From positions 1-58,542 of the forward strand of contig CAYMLQ010000002.1 in the NCBI GenBank assembly GCA_964390795.1: a stretch of DNA of 58,542 nt, given 5' to 3'. The DNA is from an uncultured Lentisphaeraceae bacterium (GTDB taxonomy: Bacteria; Verrucomicrobiota; Kiritimatiellia; RFP12; UBA1067). Under the pieces are notes generated by a model. It saw nothing but the letters and a program-made list of their open reading frames with translations, searched no databases and had not been told where the DNA came from. A program made the position numbers and the translations under genes. Shown here one piece after another: positions 16,201 through 25,054 of this stretch; position 1 is the stretch's first letter; each line of letters opens with the position of its first letter.

Positions 16201-19200
16201 GTTGAGGGGTGGCGCAAACTGTCGCCGCCGGTCGGCGTCTCCGCTTCTGACGGCACCTATTCGGTGAAGATCGCGGTGATGTGGTCGAGTGTCGCGGGGG
16301 CGTCGCGTTACCGCGTTTTCCGCGCCACAACCCCGTCGCAGGCAGACCGGGCAGCGGTGAGCGGATGGATCACCGCGACGAGTTTCAACGACACCGATGC
16401 CGCTCTTGCGCCGGGGGTGACGTACTATTACACCGTTCAGGCCGCAGTGAATTCCTCGGGAGGCCGTCCGAGCGACTGGAGTGCCGCTGCGATCGGCCGG
16501 CTGGGCTATCCTTTGCCCGCACCGCTCGGCGTTGACGCGTGGGACGGTCTGGCCTTGGACAAGGTGAAGATAAGCTGGTCGCCGGTCAGCGGTGCGACGC
16601 ACTACAAAGTGTCGCGGGCCACGACGCTGGGCGGGGCGCTAACGGCCTTGACCAATGGTTGGTTCGCCGGCACCGTCTGTTACGATGTGACCGCCATACC
16701 GGGGAAATCGTACTATTATCAAGTGCAGGCCGCCACGGACGCGGCCGATTCGAGGGCCAGCGCTTACTCGGTCGCGGATGAGGGCTGGCGGTTGCTTTCT
16801 CCGCCCACCGCGGTGGCCGCGTCAGAGAGTTTCACTGACCGGGTGCGCGTGACGTGGACCGCGCCGGCGGGCGCCAGTTACTATCAGGTGTTGCGCGGCC
16901 AAGCTGCAGGCGGTGGCAAGAGCGCCCTCTCAGCGTGGGTTTCCGGGACGAGTTTCGATGATACGAACGTGCTGTCTGGCATCCGCTACTATTATGCCGT
17001 TGTGGCGGCAATTGACGTCAACGGCTTGCGTCCGAGTTCTCAAAGCAGTGAAGATACAGGCTGGCGTGCGCTCTTGGCTCCGGCCGCAGTAACGGCTTCA
17101 GACGGAACGTATCTGGATCGGGTGAGCGTCGATTGGACGCCCGTGGCCGAGGCGGGCTTCTATCGGGTCTTCCGGTCCACGTCTTCAACAGGCACGAAGA
17201 CGGCTCTCGGCATGTGGCAGTCCGAAACCAATTTTGCGGACACGGCGGCCACGCCAGGCGTCACCTACTACTATTGGGTGCAGTCCGCCGTCGATGTTTC
17301 CGGCACGGGATCAGGGTTGTTCAGTCCCTATAATGATGGCTGGCGGTCTTTGTCAGGGACTTTCGTCACGGCCTCAGATGACACGTTCTCAGACAAGGTC
17401 TATGTGACGTGGCCGAGCCTGGAGGGGGCAACGTACTACCGCGTTTATCGGGCCCTGCAGCCGGAGGGCGAATGGCTGGCTTTGGGGAGTTGGCAGAGCG
17501 CAACGAATTATTCGGATACGGCGGCGCAGCCGGGAACCAGTTATTGGTATACCGTGCAGGGGGCGACGTCGAGCAGCGGCGCGAGGCCCGGGCCGCAGGG
17601 GCTCCCGGACGCAGGCAGGCGCGCCCTGGCGCCGCCCGCCAACTTGGTCGCCACAGACGGCACCTTTAGAGACCGCGTCGCTCTCTCCTGGGCAGCCTCC
17701 GTCAATGCGACGTACTACCGGCTCAGCCGCGGCACGGTTGCCGGCGGACCGAAGGATGTGCTCACGGGGTGGCTGTCCGTTACGAACTTCAACGACTTCG
17801 CCGCGGTGCCGGGCGTCACGTTCTATTACTCCGTTCAGTCGGCGCTGGACGAGGAGGGGCTCCAGCCCAGTGCTTGGAGTGCCGAGAATGACGGCTGGCG
17901 GGCGCTCTTCGCGCCGACACCGGTTGAGGCGTCGGACGACCTGCGCTCCGACGGCGTGATGGTCGCGTGGGGCGTCACGGCGGGGGCCAGCCACTACCGC
18001 GTCTACCGCATGACCACATCGAACGCGGTCACCCGTACGGCGCTCAGCGGGTGGATCGCGGAAACCAATTATCTGGACACCACGGCTACTGCGGGAGTGA
18101 TCTATTATTATTCAGTGCAGGCCGCCACGTCGGTCGCCGGTTTGCGTGCGAGCGCTTACAGCGTCGAGGACACGGGGAGGCGCGCTCTGGCCGCGCCGGT
18201 TAACATTGCCGCAACCGACGGCACGCTCTCCGACAAAGTGAGGATCACCTGGAGCGCCGCTGCCGGAGCGACACGTTACCGGGTCTTGCGCGGCGACGTC
18301 TCGACCTCCTTTGCGATGGCGCCGCTAAGCGCCTGGCTCACGACCGTGACCTATGATGACGCGACCGCCACGCCCGGAACCAATTACCTCTACACCGTTC
18401 AGGCCTCTACGGATGACAGCGGCAGCATCGTCAGCCCGAACGGGACAAGCGATGAGGGCTGGCGCGGCTTGCCGGCCCCGACGTGGATTGCGGCGAGCGA
18501 TGGCGACGCTCCGCTGCGCGTGAGCTGGAGCACCGTGCGCGGCGCGTCCCACTACCGGCTCTACCGCAACACCAGCACTTCGACCGCAACGCGGCAACCT
18601 CTCGGAGTCTGGCAGACCGGCACAACCTATGTGGATACGGAGGTGACGCCGGGCCTGACCTACTATTACTGGGTCGTGGCCGCCATTGATAGTGAGGGTG
18701 CGCGCCAGGGAACGTTCAGCGCCGTCAATGACGGCTGGCAGCGCCTCTGCCCGCCCGATGGGTTAAACGCGACCGACGGGACGTTTGCCGACAAGGTCAG
18801 GCTGACGTGGGCGGCAGCGGCAGGCGCTAGCTACTACAAGGTCTACCGCGCGTCAGACGGTGGCGTCGCATATGAGGTCAGCGGCTGGTTGAACACGACA
18901 AACTATGACGATAGCGCAGCCGAGCCGGGCGTGGTCTACGATTACTATGTCCAGTCTGCCGTCAGCAGCAGCGGCGGCCGTGCGAGCCTTCTCTTTAACT
19001 CGGAGACCGGCTGGCGCGCGTTTACGGCTCCGGCCGATATCCAGGCCACGGACGGCACCCGGACGGACACCGTGCGCATCGAGTGGGCAGGTGTGGCGGG
19101 GGCCGGCTCTTACCGCGTCTGGCGAGGCTCGACCGTCGGCGGAGCCAAGACGCCCTTGAGCGGATGGCTGTCCGAAGCCTGGTTCGAGGACGCCACGGCG

Positions 19201-19971
19201 CTGCCGGGGGTCTCCTACTTCTATGCCGTGCAAGCCGCTGCGGACAACGCGGGCACTCGGGCGACAACGCCCGATACGGCTGAGGAAGGGTGGCGCGGGC
19301 TCGCCGCTGTCGCTTGGATTTCTGCCACCGACGGCGTACACACCAACAAAGTGCGCGTCGAATGGGGTGCGGCCGCTGGCGCAACCCACTACCGAGTCTA
19401 TCGCGCCACGGCCTCTGGGGGAACCCGTCTGGCCGTGTCGGGATGGCAGGCCGCCACGGGGTTTGATGATCTCTCGGCGGTGTCGGGAACGTATTACTTC
19501 TACACCGTGGTCGCCGCGGCCGATGATTCCGGAGCCCATACGGGTCTGCTCGGGGCGGAGGATCTCGGCTGGCGGCTCAGGAGCGTTGAGACGACCTCCG
19601 GCTTCCAAGAGTGGGCGCTGGCGCGCGGGCTCGGAACGGATCTGGAGGCGGTCTTTGTCGGCGACATGGATGCGGATGGCGTTCCCAACGGGCTGGCGTA
19701 TGCGTTGGGCGCGAATTGGACGAGCGGCCAGCCTCTTCTGCGGATTGTCGTCGTGAACGGCGAACCGGCTGTCGAGGTCGTGAGCCAGGACACGGCGACG
19801 GTGGACGACGTGACGGTGTGGGTGGAAACGACATCGTCGCTGGCCGCTCCGCAGTGGAACACGGATGTGACGCAGACGGACTTCGATCCGGTGGCGTGCC
19901 GCGAGCAGTGGCGCACCACCCTGCCGGCCCCGGCCGCGTTCTTCCGCCTGCGCGCGACGCTGAATCCATAG
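13243..19971 (+). CDS. Giant secreted M6-family (InhA-like) metalloprotease with Calx-beta, a PPC-like module, about 14 tandem FN3-like repeats and a C-terminal AAFFR module
   Basis: Zinc site HENGHFLGLPDLYD. Calx-beta-like YSVAEVGVSVRVYVSRTGG...ASVSYATANGTATAGSGLDYTAKSGTLSWADGN. PPC-like GEPAHAG...SIWYTFTP...GSAFDTVLALYTG. Repeats follow (A/S)(T/S)DGT..D.V...W....GA..Y.V.R. The start is uncertain (TTG 13225, ATG 13243 or ATG 13282). Confidence 0.9.
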   Translation: MGSNGRVTRSTKGMSATAIRLAMWSGCLAARRLSALGLVVLTLGFAAMPLDQAGAVPACPGGADVMQPSGKTIQIHLRGDELLHWTEDSAGYTILLDAASKTWVYATLDAAGQLTASAAVVGEQDPAALALPKRLLPETAIREAQAAAASRAQTAEDDGGPQRAATTGTMKNLVLLVGFSDLPFTRTKAEYEALFNTIGYTADGAQGSVKDFYKEISYNQLNVDSVVVEPVTLANGYAYYGGDGGTGLRPREMVQEALAAVEARGFNFSTVDSDGDGWVDGLTVIHAGGGAEYGGNDYNYIWSHKWSMVSTVTYDGKSMRMYHTEPERRGWDSSPSSWGITRIGVICHENGHFLGLPDLYDYGSDSSGVGDFCLMASGSWNGNSGTQPAQPSAWCKMMLAWLTPTEVTASGTYPVPRVEDNQTVYRLRGAFPSTQYFLIENRQGFGFDASLPGSTRGLLIWHVDETIYNNNDQTHYRVDLEEAGGTQDLELNANSGNDADYFRAGTLTTFNSGTTPNNRSYAGVALGQEITAVSAASATMSFTVSQGIEQSTLQFSSATYSVAEVGVSVRVYVSRTGGSVGAASVSYATANGTATAGSGLDYTAKSGTLSWADGNADDKWIDILINNDTAAEIAEFFTVTLSNPSGALLGTPGATTVTIEGPNDQPLAPANDNFANAVSLSGNSGTVVSNTSSATVEAGEPAHAGVGPFKSIWYTFTPLSNGTFTVNTHGSAFDTVLALYTGSAVGSLTPIAWNDGDGWPNNNSGLTGIALTGGIPCRIALAGYDSSESGATVLNWEFTPSSAFPAPTGVGATDGTWVDRVRATWSAVAGASNYKVYRNTSASTTGAVLLNPAGTTDLFYDDMTALQSVNYYYWVTAVNAEGLASGFSLPDAGYRGGTALPAPEGVVVSRGVYTNRVVIQWQPLAGASHYRVLRANTLGGVTEVITVWVTGTSGTDWDTEPGVSYWYAVQAALDDTGTGVGPSSAQVEGWRKLSPPVGVSASDGTYSVKIAVMWSSVAGASRYRVFRATTPSQADRAAVSGWITATSFNDTDAALAPGVTYYYTVQAAVNSSGGRPSDWSAAAIGRLGYPLPAPLGVDAWDGLALDKVKISWSPVSGATHYKVSRATTLGGALTALTNGWFAGTVCYDVTAIPGKSYYYQVQAATDAADSRASAYSVADEGWRLLSPPTAVAASESFTDRVRVTWTAPAGASYYQVLRGQAAGGGKSALSAWVSGTSFDDTNVLSGIRYYYAVVAAIDVNGLRPSSQSSEDTGWRALLAPAAVTASDGTYLDRVSVDWTPVAEAGFYRVFRSTSSTGTKTALGMWQSETNFADTAATPGVTYYYWVQSAVDVSGTGSGLFSPYNDGWRSLSGTFVTASDDTFSDKVYVTWPSLEGATYYRVYRALQPEGEWLALGSWQSATNYSDTAAQPGTSYWYTVQGATSSSGARPGPQGLPDAGRRALAPPANLVATDGTFRDRVALSWAASVNATYYRLSRGTVAGGPKDVLTGWLSVTNFNDFAAVPGVTFYYSVQSALDEEGLQPSAWSAENDGWRALFAPTPVEASDDLRSDGVMVAWGVTAGASHYRVYRMTTSNAVTRTALSGWIAETNYLDTTATAGVIYYYSVQAATSVAGLRASAYSVEDTGRRALAAPVNIAATDGTLSDKVRITWSAAAGATRYRVLRGDVSTSFAMAPLSAWLTTVTYDDATATPGTNYLYTVQASTDDSGSIVSPNGTSDEGWRGLPAPTWIAASDGDAPLRVSWSTVRGASHYRLYRNTSTSTATRQPLGVWQTGTTYVDTEVTPGLTYYYWVVAAIDSEGARQGTFSAVNDGWQRLCPPDGLNATDGTFADKVRLTWAAAAGASYYKVYRASDGGVAYEVSGWLNTTNYDDSAAEPGVVYDYYVQSAVSSSGGRASLLFNSETGWRAFTAPADIQATDGTRTDTVRIEWAGVAGAGSYRVWRGSTVGGAKTPLSGWLSEAWFEDATALPGVSYFYAVQAAADNAGTRATTPDTAEEGWRGLAAVAWISATDGVHTNKVRVEWGAAAGATHYRVYRATASGGTRLAVSGWQAATGFDDLSAVSGTYYFYTVVAAADDSGAHTGLLGAEDLGWRLRSVETTSGFQEWALARGLGTDLEAVFVGDMDADGVPNGLAYALGANWTSGQPLLRIVVVNGEPAVEVVSQDTATVDDVTVWVETTSSLAAPQWNTDVTQTDFDPVACREQWRTTLPAPAAFFRLRATLNP

Positions 19972-19978
19972 TGCTTTT

Positions 19979-20977
19979 ATGAACGATATGTCGAATGCGC
20001 CGACACAGGCGGACGAGCTGGCCGAGTCGATCAGGAAGGTGGGCCGGGGACCGGGCACGCATCTGGAGACCTGGGTCTCCATCGGGCTGGCGTTCACGCT
20101 GACGGTCGTGGGGTGCGTGATCTTCTGGCGCACCCAGGCGGTCCTGAAGGAGGCGGGTACGGAACTCGGCCCCGTCGCCACCTCCCGGCTGCAGACGTTG
20201 CTGGAGGGGGCGCTGCTGCCTTTTCTGGCCCTGTCGGCGGGCAGTTTCCTGATTCTCGTGGTCACGGTGCTGGCCATGCGGTGGACGCGCCTGCGCCTGG
20301 AGCGCGAGCAGCGGCAGGCGCAGGTGTCCGACCTGGTGATGCGGCTGGTGGGGCAGTATCAGGACGAGCACCTGTGCCGGATCAGCTCGTGGCTGCATGA
20401 CGGAATCGGCCATGGCTTGGTCTTGCAGAAGATGGACGTCGAGTATATGATGCAGAAAAAGCAGGTGAGCCAGGCTGACGGGCTCAGGGTGATCGAGCAA
20501 CTGAAAGGGCTGATCGACGAGACGCGCAATATGGCCAGCATGATCTATCCGCACACGCTGTTCCAGTTCGGGCTGGCGGCGGGGCTGGCCAATCTGACGG
20601 AGAACTTCAGGCGCATGGCGCACATTCCGATCGAAGAGGAGATCGGGGCGCTGGACGGCTGCTGTTCCGATGAGGTCGCGATGCTGGTTTTCCGGATTGT
20701 GCAGGAGGCGCTGACGAACGTGGCGAAACACGCGCAGGCCGCCCACGTGTGGGTCAGGGTCGCCTGTGACGCCGACGGTTTGAGCGGAAGCGTCAGCAAT
20801 GACGGGCTGGTTCCTGAGAGCGGCGAGCACAGGCGTAAAGGGATCGGGCTGATGGTCATCTCCGAGCGCGCCAAGCGGCTGGGCGGGCAGGTGACCGTGG
20901 AGAGTTGTGAAGGGGAACCGTACCGGCTGCTGTTCGCCTTCCCGCATCGGGGGGGCGGGTGTCAGGCGCCGGCATGA
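19979..20977 (+). CDS. Membrane sensor histidine kinase, NarL-partner class (HisKA_3 + HATPase_c)
   Basis: Two hydrophobic segments. H-box LHDGIGHGLV, N-box EALTNVAKHA, and GIGLMVISERAKRLGG. It starts 8 nt after the giant gene stop. Confidence 0.85.
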   Translation: MNDMSNAPTQADELAESIRKVGRGPGTHLETWVSIGLAFTLTVVGCVIFWRTQAVLKEAGTELGPVATSRLQTLLEGALLPFLALSAGSFLILVVTVLAMRWTRLRLEREQRQAQVSDLVMRLVGQYQDEHLCRISSWLHDGIGHGLVLQKMDVEYMMQKKQVSQADGLRVIEQLKGLIDETRNMASMIYPHTLFQFGLAAGLANLTENFRRMAHIPIEEEIGALDGCCSDEVAMLVFRIVQEALTNVAKHAQAAHVWVRVACDADGLSGSVSNDGLVPESGEHRRKGIGLMVISERAKRLGGQVTVESCEGEPYRLLFAFPHRGGGCQAPA

Positions 20978-23895
20978 ATGAAGAGAAGAGGGACATGAGA
21001 CACGTGCAGGTTTTGTCGGAGCGAGTGACGCTGAGCGCTGACGCGGTCGTGAATCCGGGTGCGGCAGAAGGGTTCGGAGGCGTCCGTTCCGCCTCGCGCG
21101 TCTTGGTGCTGCTTGCGGCCGGGAAAGGCACGCGCTTCGGCACCTCCCCCAAGTGTGTCCAGCCGGTGCGGGGCACGCCGCTGGCGCGGCACTCCATCGA
21201 GGCGTTCCGCCGCGTGTGTCCGGCCCCGTGCGTCGCGCTGGTGGGCTACGCGCATGAGGAGGTCATGGCGCGGCTGGGCGACGACAACATCTACGTGAAG
21301 ACCTCGAACCCGACCGGCGGCACGGCGTGGGCGGCGTTCGAGGCGCTGTGTGTTCCGGGCCTTGAGGACAGCAACCCGCTGCTGGTCATCTCCATGGGCG
21401 ACCGCGTCATTCCCGAAACCATCTTCCGGCGGCTCATCGAGACCCATGAGGCCGGGGGGCGCGAGGCGGATCTGACGCTGCTCACGGCCGTTTACGCAGC
21501 CCCTGCGCAGCACGGCAAAGGGCGCATCCTTCGCGACGCCCACGGCCGGATTGAGCGGATCCTCGAACAGGGCGACATCGACAACGTCAGCAATCCGGTG
21601 GAACGTCAGCGGCTCGATGAGCTGACGGAGGCCAACTGCCCGCTCTACGCGGTGCGCGCGCGCACGCTGCGGCGCACGCTCGGCGGGCTCCGCAACGACA
21701 ATGCGCAGCAACAGTATTACTTCACGGATATGGTCGAGGCTCTCCGGCGGGAGGGCCACGACCTCCGGACGCTGACGACCCGCGACTCCGACCCGGACTA
21801 TCTCCTGCTCTGCTCCGATGTGACGCGACCTCCGGACCTAGCCCGGCTCGAATCCGTCTTGGCTGCGCCAGCCTGCCCGGACGGGTTGGGCGACGACAGC
21901 TCGGTTCGGGCTGCCGCCGAGGTCATCGCCGCAGACCGCTCTTCGGGCCAGACGGCCGCGATTGCGGAGCAACTGCGCGAGCTGCTTCAGGCGGCGGAGA
22001 GGGAAGACGCCGGTTTGAGCCCCGACCGGCCCGTCGCCATCGGCGTCTCCGGGGGCCGGTTCCGAATCGCCTTCATGCATCCCGACATGGGCCGCTTTTT
22101 CGGGCCGGCCTGGCAGATGCCGACCGGTGCCGCAGATGCGTCAGGCCGCGAGCAGATCGTCCTGCTCGCCCAGCAGGCGGATGACGGGAGAATCCATCAC
22201 CTTCCGACGCAGCCCGTCTTCCGCGAGAAGGTCAACTCGGTTCCCGCCGACACGCCCGCCATGTATCCGCCCGACGATGTGGACAGCGTGTACAAATACG
22301 AGGCGTTCGGCACGCGCATGGCCGAGCAGCTCCTTCTTTCCCTCGGCTATTTTCTGGACAGCGAGATCCGTGCGCGCAAGGAGGCGGGGCTTCCCCTTCC
22401 CCCTCATTCCCTGTGGGTGAGCAACAGCATGCGGCGCCCGTTCTCCCTCATCTGCAACGCCATCGCCTCGCTCCGAACCCTGCGCTGCGGGCCGGCCGGG
22501 GAACGTATCCGGCGGTGTCTGGGCCGCGAGGACTTCCGGGGCCTGCGGGTACTCTCCACCGGCGCCATTCCGCAGGGCGGTTTCTCCAGCTCCTCCGCGC
22601 TGACCGTCGCCGTCAAAAACGCGCTCAACGTCCTGTACGGCTTCGGCCTTCCCGAGGACACGCTGGTGCATCTGGCCTGCCAGGCGGAGTACGGCACCGG
22701 CGTGCGCGCCGGCTCCTTGGATCAGGCCACCGAGCAGAAGGGCAAGCACGGGCAGGGCGCGCTGATCTCGTCCAACCCCCGCGACAACTACCGCACCCTC
22801 GGCGTGTTCCCCGTGCCGACCGAGCGCATCCACTTCCTGTTTCCCTACACGGTGGACCGGGACCGCGAGGCCTGGCGCTGGTCCGCCGGGCTCTACGCCG
22901 CCGCGCCGGACTCCGCCACGCCCACCCCGCCCGAGATCCGCAAGATGACCGGCAAGGCGGCGGAACTGGCCGCCCTGCTGTGCCGGCTTCCGCCCGAGCA
23001 GGATTTCTTCATGCTCCTAGAGGAAGACCTGCTGCGCGACGGGCTTCTGGGCACAGCCGCCCTGACCCGCGTCTATGACACGCTCCGCCGGCTGCCGCTG
23101 CTGATCCCGCGGCACGCGCTGCGCGAGCGAATCCTTGCAGCGAGCGACGGAGGGGGCGGGCAGGCCGCCGCGCAGCTCGACGCGCTCTTCGCGGGCTGGC
23201 GCGAGCCCCTGCTGCGGCGAGGGCTTCCCGACGGCTCAACGGTCGAAGAGCAGGGCGTTCCGCTGCGGGCCATGGTCGCCTACCTGTTCGTCGAGGTCGC
23301 GCGCTGTTTCCGCCTGATCCGCGAGCCAGACCAATGGATCGCGCACGTCACCCGCTCGCAGCGCGGCGACTGCTGTTTCAACATCGCGCCAGAGAACCTT
23401 CCGGACGCTGAGGCGCTGCTGGTCGAGGCGGAATGGGAACGGGGCCTCGCCGGGCCCGAGCGGCTGGAGGGCTGGCTGCGGCGCGTGGGTGCGGTGCCGT
23501 TCGACTTCAACCTGGATCTGGACGACGCGGCGCTGGCGGCGTCGCCGCTGAGGCCGCTGCACGAGATCCGCGGCGGCAGCTTTTTCCGCGGCCTGGCCCT
23601 GCTGGATTTCGCCGAGGCCCTGCTCAAACGGGCCTTCGGTTCGGACGCCGTGGCGGTGCGGGTCAACGCGGCCGGCCAAGGCGACTTCTTCCAGCTTCAC
23701 CTGGACGCGCGGCGGGCCAAGCCGGAACAGGTCAAAGCCTTCCTCGACCGCGCCTTTTACGCGCGCTTCGGATTGACGCCCGCCCACCGTTATGTGGAGC
23801 CGCATCCCGGCGGCGGCGCGCTCGGCGTGCGCCTCGACCGCTTCGGCCTGCTGCCCCGCCTGATCGAGGCTCTGTCGAAAAAGGGCGAGACATGA
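20974..23895 (+). CDS. Fusion of a sugar-phosphate nucleotidyltransferase and a GHMP (galactokinase-like) sugar kinase; Fkp-like layout
   Basis: N-terminal LLAAGKGTRFG nucleotidyltransferase loop. GHMP motif GAIPQGGFSSSSALTVAV and galactokinase-like GVRAGSLDQATE. The ATG at 20974 overlaps the kinase stop (ATGA). The track start is GTG 20959. Confidence 0.75.
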   Translation: MNEEKRDMRHVQVLSERVTLSADAVVNPGAAEGFGGVRSASRVLVLLAAGKGTRFGTSPKCVQPVRGTPLARHSIEAFRRVCPAPCVALVGYAHEEVMARLGDDNIYVKTSNPTGGTAWAAFEALCVPGLEDSNPLLVISMGDRVIPETIFRRLIETHEAGGREADLTLLTAVYAAPAQHGKGRILRDAHGRIERILEQGDIDNVSNPVERQRLDELTEANCPLYAVRARTLRRTLGGLRNDNAQQQYYFTDMVEALRREGHDLRTLTTRDSDPDYLLLCSDVTRPPDLARLESVLAAPACPDGLGDDSSVRAAAEVIAADRSSGQTAAIAEQLRELLQAAEREDAGLSPDRPVAIGVSGGRFRIAFMHPDMGRFFGPAWQMPTGAADASGREQIVLLAQQADDGRIHHLPTQPVFREKVNSVPADTPAMYPPDDVDSVYKYEAFGTRMAEQLLLSLGYFLDSEIRARKEAGLPLPPHSLWVSNSMRRPFSLICNAIASLRTLRCGPAGERIRRCLGREDFRGLRVLSTGAIPQGGFSSSSALTVAVKNALNVLYGFGLPEDTLVHLACQAEYGTGVRAGSLDQATEQKGKHGQGALISSNPRDNYRTLGVFPVPTERIHFLFPYTVDRDREAWRWSAGLYAAAPDSATPTPPEIRKMTGKAAELAALLCRLPPEQDFFMLLEEDLLRDGLLGTAALTRVYDTLRRLPLLIPRHALRERILAASDGGGGQAAAQLDALFAGWREPLLRRGLPDGSTVEEQGVPLRAMVAYLFVEVARCFRLIREPDQWIAHVTRSQRGDCCFNIAPENLPDAEALLVEAEWERGLAGPERLEGWLRRVGAVPFDFNLDLDDAALAASPLRPLHEIRGGSFFRGLALLDFAEALLKRAFGSDAVAVRVNAAGQGDFFQLHLDARRAKPEQVKAFLDRAFYARFGLTPAHRYVEPHPGGGALGVRLDRFGLLPRLIEALSKKGET

Positions 23896-24043
23896 TCATG
23901 AGCGGAACGGAAGCGGCTAAGCAGGCCGACTAAGCGTAACTCCCCTGTAGAAGACGGACACGACGGTTACGCGGTATCGTGGCCATGCGCACATCGCTCT
24001 CGAAAGACGCATCCAATGACTTCGTTCAACTTGATCAGGGGCC

Positions 24044-24159
24044 GGCGGCGGGTTACGGGGAACCCGCCCTACCCAGTGCGACACGGCACGCGAACAAATG
24101 AACGATAGGGTAACGCGAACGCCGAATACTGAACGCCGAACACTGAACGCTGAAGTTCA
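24044..24159 (+). repeat. Intergenic repeat element copy 1: conserved 22-nt head, then a heptamer tract ending in CTGAAGTT
   Basis: ggcggcgggttacggggaaccc (24044-24065) is identical to 27651-27672. Heptamers follow: aacgccg aatactg aacgccg aacactg aacgctg aagttca (24118-24159). Confidence 0.8.
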
Positions 24160-24191
24160 TGCTTCCCGCGCCGGCCGAAACGCCTTCGGGC

Positions 24192-24950
24192 TCACTCGGC
24201 CCCGTTCCCTTCGTTCCAGTAGCCTTTGCGGTTGTAATGCTGATGCAGGCTGTCTTCAAATTCGCGGGTGAGCAGCGACCAGTCCGTGTATTCGGGCGAG
24301 CGCTTGATTTCATCGCGGGTCAGGGTGACGAAGACTTTCGAATCATCCCAGCTCACGCGCTCGATCCACTGCGGCGAAGCCAAGACCTTTTTGCCAGGCC
24401 ACCAGTTCAGGGTGTCGATGACGAGGTAGCGGATCGCCCACGTCTCGTCGTCGACGATGAAATCGGACACGTGGCCAAGCTCGCCGTCCGTCGCCTGGAT
24501 GTGATAACCCCGCACCTCGTGCGTGCTGCGCAAATGGGGGTCCCACGCCTTCTGTTTTTGGACGAGTGACGTCCACGCTTCGCGGTCGCGCACGATGTAG
24601 GGATAGGAGCCCCACATGTCTGATCCGCCCCAATACATCGGCCAGCCGTAATACCCGTAGTAGGCCTCCTCGAATTGCAGCGAGACGGGTTTGTCGCTGT
24701 CCAAAGCCGGACTGTCCTCGATCTGCTTTCGCGTCAGATTGACGACAATGTGCTTCTCGTTCTTCTTTACAGCGACCAGCGCGTAGGGCGAAAGCAGAAC
24801 CTGCCTGCCGGTCAGCCAGTGGCCCGTGTCGGCGACCAGATAGCGGACGGTCCAGTGCTGGTCGTCGAAGTAGAATTGCTTGGCCTTTCCGATGTCTCCG
24901 TCAAGGCAGTGTAGGGCGTAACCTTTGAGCGCTTCGGTTTTGATAAGCAT
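24192..24950 (-). CDS. PRC-barrel domain protein (two PRC-barrel repeats)
   Basis: aaggag RBS. Two repeats of the type LKGY.L...DG.IG.V.DF..D...W.IRYLV.DT. ...W..G..VL.SP. Confidence 0.85.
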   Translation of the reverse strand: MLIKTEALKGYALHCLDGDIGKAKQFYFDDQHWTVRYLVADTGHWLTGRQVLLSPYALVAVKKNEKHIVVNLTRKQIEDSPALDSDKPVSLQFEEAYYGYYGWPMYWGGSDMWGSYPYIVRDREAWTSLVQKQKAWDPHLRSTHEVRGYHIQATDGELGHVSDFIVDDETWAIRYLVIDTLNWWPGKKVLASPQWIERVSWDDSKVFVTLTRDEIKRSPEYTDWSLLTREFEDSLHQHYNRKGYWNEGNGAE

Positions 24951-25054
24951 AGGACTCCTTGGGTTGGTTGAGTTTCGGTTGGTGTACGGGTTCGCCCTTT
25001 GAAAGGCGCGTTACGTTGAATCATTTTGCGTCTCTCCCGTTGTCACTCGTTAAG

